DNA of 64,000 nt from Clostridiales bacterium (GTDB taxonomy: Bacteria; Bacillota; Clostridia; Saccharofermentanales; Saccharofermentanaceae). The notes beneath the pieces are model-generated. The model worked only from the letters and a program-made list of their open reading frames with translations. It ran no database searches and was not told where the DNA came from. Shown one piece after another: positions 59,596 to 64,000 of this stretch. The position numbers and the translations under genes were made by a program. The first letter of the stretch is position 1; each line of letters begins with the position of its first letter. The stretch spans positions 85,772 through 149,771 of the forward strand of contig JAFWDK010000009.1 of the NCBI GenBank assembly GCA_017513085.1, written 5' to 3'.

Positions 59596-60984
59596 ATGAG
59601 CCTTGCATACGAACTGGTTAAGTCTTGGAAGACAAAAGAAGGAAATGTCACACCTACTCAAGAAATCCTTGATTGGGTCGATAAGAGAAACAAAACTCTC
59701 ACCGTAGATATTAAGAAGATACCTTTCCCTAAGGATGGATTCTGGTATCTGGATGAAACGGATGGATGTATCCGGAACAGAAAGAATACATTTTTTTCTC
59801 TCTCGGGTTTCCGTCAGACGGAAGGCGATCAAGTCATGTGCGAACAGCCGGTGATCATCCAGGATGAAATCGGTTATTTGGGCATCATCTGCAAGCAGAT
59901 AGATGGCGTATTAAACTTCCTGATGCAGGCGAAGGTTGAGCCGGGAAATGTGAATGTTATTCAGATTTCTCCTACGATTCAAGCGACGAAGAGCAATTTT
60001 ACACAGAGCCATGGTGGCAAAGCACCGGCATACCTTGATTTTTTCGCGCATTCCAATGAATACCGGATCGTAGTGGATCAGATCCAGTCTGAACAGTCAT
60101 CCAGATTCTTAAAGAAGAGAAACAGAAATATCATTATCGACATCGGCGACAGCGAGATCGAAGTCCTGGATAGCCATAAGTGGATGACTCTTGGTCAGAT
60201 CAAAGATCTTATGAGGATCGATAATCTTGTAAATATGGATACCCGGACCGTATTGTCCTGTATACCATATACAGAGATGAAACTCGAAGAAAACGAATAC
60301 GAGAAAATGAAAGAGTTGTTTGATGACCAGGCTCTTTTCCGTTCGATTTTTGAAGAGTCGGAGAATGCTTTGCCGACGATTTTTAATGCCATAAATAATT
60401 ATAAGATGTACAGCGATCTGAAATCTTCATTGGTTCCGCTTACTGATCTGAAGGATTGGGAGATCAATGATCATGAGATCATTTGCAGACATCCGTATGA
60501 TTTTAAGATCGTATACTGCCAGATCGAGATCGAAGGAAGGGAAGTACGTTGTTGGGAACAGCCGTTAGTGGAAGCTATCGGCATGGCGGTCTTCGGACTG
60601 TTTACCAAGGTGAGCGACGGATGCAGATATTTTCTTGTCAAAGCAAAGCCGGAGATCGGTTGCTTTGACGGGATCGAACTCGGACCTGTAGTCCAGCTTG
60701 AACCTTCCAACCCGAGAAATCAGCTTGATGATGTTGAGAAAATGTTCTTTCAAAAGCTTGACGAGAAGCGTGGTGTGCGCAAAGATGTCATCCTTTCGGA
60801 AGAGGGTGGACGCTTCTATCACGAACAGAACCGTAACGTGATCATTGAGATCGATGAAAAGGATATTGATTCATTGCCGGAAGGATATTTCTGGGTCCGA
60901 TACTCGACATTAAATGAGATGATTCAGTTCAATAATTTCGTAAACATCCAGCTTAGAAACCTGATCTCGCTTCTGGATATATAA
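59596..60984 (+). CDS. NDP-hexose 2,3-dehydratase family protein
   Basis: QAKVEPGN, SPTIQATKSN, QSEQSSRFLKKRNRN, SEEGGRFYHEQN; duplicated Nudix-like halves. Confidence 0.92.
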   Translation: MSLAYELVKSWKTKEGNVTPTQEILDWVDKRNKTLTVDIKKIPFPKDGFWYLDETDGCIRNRKNTFFSLSGFRQTEGDQVMCEQPVIIQDEIGYLGIICKQIDGVLNFLMQAKVEPGNVNVIQISPTIQATKSNFTQSHGGKAPAYLDFFAHSNEYRIVVDQIQSEQSSRFLKKRNRNIIIDIGDSEIEVLDSHKWMTLGQIKDLMRIDNLVNMDTRTVLSCIPYTEMKLEENEYEKMKELFDDQALFRSIFEESENALPTIFNAINNYKMYSDLKSSLVPLTDLKDWEINDHEIICRHPYDFKIVYCQIEIEGREVRCWEQPLVEAIGMAVFGLFTKVSDGCRYFLVKAKPEIGCFDGIELGPVVQLEPSNPRNQLDDVEKMFFQKLDEKRGVRKDVILSEEGGRFYHEQNRNVIIEIDEKDIDSLPEGYFWVRYSTLNEMIQFNNFVNIQLRNLISLLDI

Positions 60985-61101
60985 ATCTATTTTGCTGAAA
61001 AAACCCGAAAAATCAACATTCTGTTTAGAGTATGCTATTGACTTGTTTATAGAGTAATGAGATAATCTAAGCATAATTTTATATGTTGTTTGGAGGTATT
61101 T

Positions 61102-61380
61102 ATGGCTATTGCTTCATTGGTATTAGGTATTGTATCTGTTGTACTGGGCCTGATTTTTTCTGGATGGGGATGGATCGGCGGTATCTGCGGTATTGTTGGT
61201 ATCGTTCTTGCTGTTCTCGCTAAGAAGTCTCACCCGGAGCAGAAGGGTCTTTGCACAGCTGGTCTGGTTCTTTCCATCATCGGTGCAGCTCTGAGTATCG
61301 TACTGTGGATCGCTTGCATGGCTTGCACAAAGGCAGTTAACGATTCTCTTGATTCTATCGCTAATTCTCTTACAAAATAA
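61102..61380 (+). CDS. Small 3-TM membrane protein (DUF4190-like)
   Basis: MAIASLVLGI...AGLVLSIIG; GGAGG RBS; promoter TTGACT-17-GATAAT at 61038. Confidence 0.75.
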   Translation: MAIASLVLGIVSVVLGLIFSGWGWIGGICGIVGIVLAVLAKKSHPEQKGLCTAGLVLSIIGAALSIVLWIACMACTKAVNDSLDSIANSLTK

Positions 61381-61387
61381 TTGATTG

Positions 61388-61439
61388 AAGATAGATTCGG
61401 AAGGCTTCTGTTTTTTAAACAGAAGCCTTTTTCTATCTT
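61388..61439 (+). terminator. Terminator hairpin
   Basis: AAGGCTTCTGTTT...AAACAGAAGCCTT followed by a T tract. Confidence 0.75.
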
Positions 61440-61459
61440 ATGACAGGAACTGATTTTAC

Positions 61460-62254
61460 ATGCATATATTCTTTAATATTTTCGGAAGACAGATTCCGGC
61501 ATATGGTCTTTTGATCGTGCTTGGTGCATTTATCGCGAATGTGATCGGCTATTTTCTGGTAAAACACGAGAAAAAGAGTTTTGACGATTTCATGCTGGTC
61601 GAAGCATATTGTATTCTTGGTGGCTTTTTGGGAGCCAAGATCCTATATCTGATCGTGACGTTTAACGATATTGAGTGGAACCGTATTTTTGAGGCAGATT
61701 ATTTTAATGCAGTCATGAAGGGCGGTTTTGTATTCTATGGTGGTTTGATCGGCGGTGCGGCGGCGGCACTTCTGGCCGGAAAACTGCACAAACTTGAGAT
61801 TTCCTATTATTTTACACACTGTATTTTCCTTATTCCGTTTATTCATGGATTCGGTCGAGTCGGATGCTTTATGGCGGGATGCTGTTACGGTGTTCCTTAT
61901 GATGGTCCTTTGGCTGTGGTATTCCCGGATAATTCGCTTGCTCTTCACGGAGTGAAATTGTTTCCGGTGCAGATCGTGGAAGCAGTATTTCTCATCATCA
62001 TTTCCATGATCGTTCTGTTCCTGACAGTAAAGATCAAGAGCCGCTTCACCGTGGAAGCCTATCTGCTTCTTTATTCCGTTTTGCGTTTTATCCTTGAGAA
62101 CTACCGGTACGATCCTGAACGAGGATACTTTATGGGTGTATCCACTTCCCAGTGGATCAGCATACTGTTGTTTACCGGCGCTATCATATCCATTGTTTAC
62201 AGAACAAAAATCAAACCGGCAAAAACTGAAAACGAGGTAGTTGAAGAACACTGA
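61460..62254 (+). CDS. Prolipoprotein diacylglyceryl transferase family protein (atypical Lgt paralogue)
   Basis: YG, GAK, FYGGLIGG, GRVGCFMAGCCYG, PVQIVE, RFILENYR. Confidence 0.85.
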   Translation: MHIFFNIFGRQIPAYGLLIVLGAFIANVIGYFLVKHEKKSFDDFMLVEAYCILGGFLGAKILYLIVTFNDIEWNRIFEADYFNAVMKGGFVFYGGLIGGAAAALLAGKLHKLEISYYFTHCIFLIPFIHGFGRVGCFMAGCCYGVPYDGPLAVVFPDNSLALHGVKLFPVQIVEAVFLIIISMIVLFLTVKIKSRFTVEAYLLLYSVLRFILENYRYDPERGYFMGVSTSQWISILLFTGAIISIVYRTKIKPAKTENEVVEEH

Positions 62255-62268
62255 CAGGAGGTGTTTTT

Positions 62269-63813
62269 ATGAAGAGATTTCGTACGAGCTTAGTGGCTTT
62301 GCTTCTTGCAGCAGCTATCGGGTCATCTTCGGCATCCGTTATGGCTGATACTAAGGTTAAAGATCCTTCAGAACCCTGGAAAGTTACCGTGAATGCAGAG
62401 ACAGATCAAATCTCGGCATTTGTGGAACGTCTTTACAGCATTGCGCTGGATAGAGAATCTGATCCGGGCGGACTTTCTTTCTGGACGGAAAAACTGCAAA
62501 AACGAGAGATGACCGGTGCAGATTGTGTCCGGGGATTCCTGGTCGATACGCCTGAGTTTAAAAACCGTGCACTTCCTGATGAAGAAGTGGTGGAGACACT
62601 TTATCTGACGATCCTTGACCGTGCATCCGAGCCGGCAGGCAAAGCGTACTGGATACAACGATTGAAGAATGGCTTGCCTGTACTCGATCTTGTGCTTCTC
62701 TTTATTGATACTACGGAATGGTGCAATCTATGCGCAAGTTATGGTATCCGTTCCGGTGCTTTGACAGCAAAAGCAGATACACCATCCGAAATGATATTGA
62801 AAGTTGCCGGAAATTTTTACACATCCTGTCTGCATCGTGCGGCCGGTGATGATGAGGCCAGAACTCTTGCGCTTCGTCTGATCAATCATGAGGTTTCGAT
62901 GTCTCAGCTTCTTGTGGATTTTTATCTTAGTGAGGAATTCCTTGCCAGGAAAACATCTGATACGGAATTCGTCAGCTGCCTTTATCAGACCTGTTTTTTC
63001 CGTCCAGCGGATGAAGCAGGAAAAAAGTATTGGGCTTCTTTGCTTTCGTCAAAAGCTACGACACGCTATCAAGTGATCTGTTCTTTTTCAGAAGCTGCGG
63101 AGTTTAAAGATATCTGCGACAAATATGATCTGGAAATAGGAAGCCTGAACAGGAAAGAAGATCCGTATGCGCCGAAACAGTATGTTGAGCCGGTGATCCC
63201 GGGTGGAGAGAGATGGTATAACGGATACGTCGATCCAAGAACGGTTCGTGCGGAATTGATGACGCATCCTGAAGAGATCGCAGTGCTGGTAAATAAATAC
63301 CACAGCATTCCGCTGGATTATGTTCCGGAACTTGTGGAGGTAAGTCATTCGAATGGACAGCGTATGCGCCCCGAGGCGGCAGCTGCATGGGAGCGGCTCT
63401 TCGTTGCATGCAAGGCGGCTACAGGAGAAAGCCTTTATATGATTTCGGGATTCAGAAGTGAAGACACACAGCGCGCGAGTTTCTATCGTGCAATCGAGAA
63501 TCATGGCATTGCTACGGCAGTCAAGCTTTACGCGTGGCCGGGCCGTTCTGAACATCCTTTGGGACTGGCTATGGATATCTGTACATACAGCAATATGAAT
63601 AAGTCTGAGTTCATCTATACCGAAGCGGGAAAATGGATGTTGGCACATGGTCATGAATTCGGTTTTATCTGGCGCTATCCTGAAGGGGGCGGAAGCATAA
63701 CCGGTATTGGCAAAGAAGCCTGGCATTTCCGCTATGTTGGTGTGGAAGTGGCGACGGATATGTATAACAAGGGGATCCGAACACTCGAAGAGTATTATGG
63801 AGAAAGAGGATAG
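62269..63813 (+). CDS. Secreted DUF4214-repeat protein with C-terminal M15B (VanY-like) carboxypeptidase
   Basis: Signal peptide; FVERLYSIALDR repeats; LVNK, SGFRS, SEHPLGLAMD, EAWHFRYVG. Confidence 0.9.
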   Translation: MKRFRTSLVALLLAAAIGSSSASVMADTKVKDPSEPWKVTVNAETDQISAFVERLYSIALDRESDPGGLSFWTEKLQKREMTGADCVRGFLVDTPEFKNRALPDEEVVETLYLTILDRASEPAGKAYWIQRLKNGLPVLDLVLLFIDTTEWCNLCASYGIRSGALTAKADTPSEMILKVAGNFYTSCLHRAAGDDEARTLALRLINHEVSMSQLLVDFYLSEEFLARKTSDTEFVSCLYQTCFFRPADEAGKKYWASLLSSKATTRYQVICSFSEAAEFKDICDKYDLEIGSLNRKEDPYAPKQYVEPVIPGGERWYNGYVDPRTVRAELMTHPEEIAVLVNKYHSIPLDYVPELVEVSHSNGQRMRPEAAAAWERLFVACKAATGESLYMISGFRSEDTQRASFYRAIENHGIATAVKLYAWPGRSEHPLGLAMDICTYSNMNKSEFIYTEAGKWMLAHGHEFGFIWRYPEGGGSITGIGKEAWHFRYVGVEVATDMYNKGIRTLEEYYGERG

Positions 63814-63907
63814 TTCTTGTTTATCCGGTCAGTATGAAAAAAAGAGAGGCGGACAAAGATTGATATGTACCCAGGAAACTGGACACATAGATTAATGAAT
63901 TTGTTTT

Positions 63908-63956
63908 AACAGATGGATGTCTTCCTGTAAACAGCAGGAGGCATCCATCTTGTTTT
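63908..63956 (+). terminator. Rho-independent terminator
   Basis: AGATGGATGTCTTCCTG ... CAGGAGGCATCCATCT followed by TGTTTT. Confidence 0.8.
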
Positions 63957-64000
63957 GGCTTGAATTCTTCTGTTGTTGTAATAGTCTATATACTTATCTA

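Noticed and set aside
1-64000. tRNA, rRNA, CRISPR arrays, integrases, transposases, prophage genes
   Set aside because: None recognised; spacers are short and lack such signatures (by eye only)
1-64000. Visually frequent GATC and CCGG sites
   Set aside because: Explained by ATC/CCG codon preference; not quantified

Overview
This 64 kb chromosomal window comes from a Clostridia-class Firmicute with moderate GC. The Cys-containing DUF4214 surface proteins suggest a rumen/gut Saccharofermentans-like lineage, but that is inference only. About 55 CDS were called. Core genes: der-typA-mltG-U32 operon, glgP, putP, FTR-like/trxA, a split purine operon (purE-F-N-H, then purD), a nadD-yqeK fusion and rsfS. 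Accessory genes are interspersed: LRR/DUF4214 and VanY/DUF4214 surface proteins, five zinc-ribbon proteins (SPFH, Tim44-like, TerB-like partners), a PadR-DUF1700-DUF4097-M13-ABC envelope operon, and a dTDP-deoxysugar cluster with a 2,3-dehydratase and a 3-ketoreductase. I saw no rRNA, tRNA, CRISPR array or transposase. Best candidates for something new: (1) a two-gene cassette pairing an immunity-like protein with an XRE-HTH/alarmone-hydrolase fusion behind a palindromic operator; (2) an actinomycete-style 4-amino-2,4,6-trideoxysugar pathway; (3) two internally duplicated Tim44-like/Zn-ribbon paralogues interleaved with pur genes; (4) AAAAACAC-rich structured spacers in the envelope operon; (5) a recurrent AAGTGCTTTT 10-mer. 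All calls come from motif recognition by eye; no searches were run.
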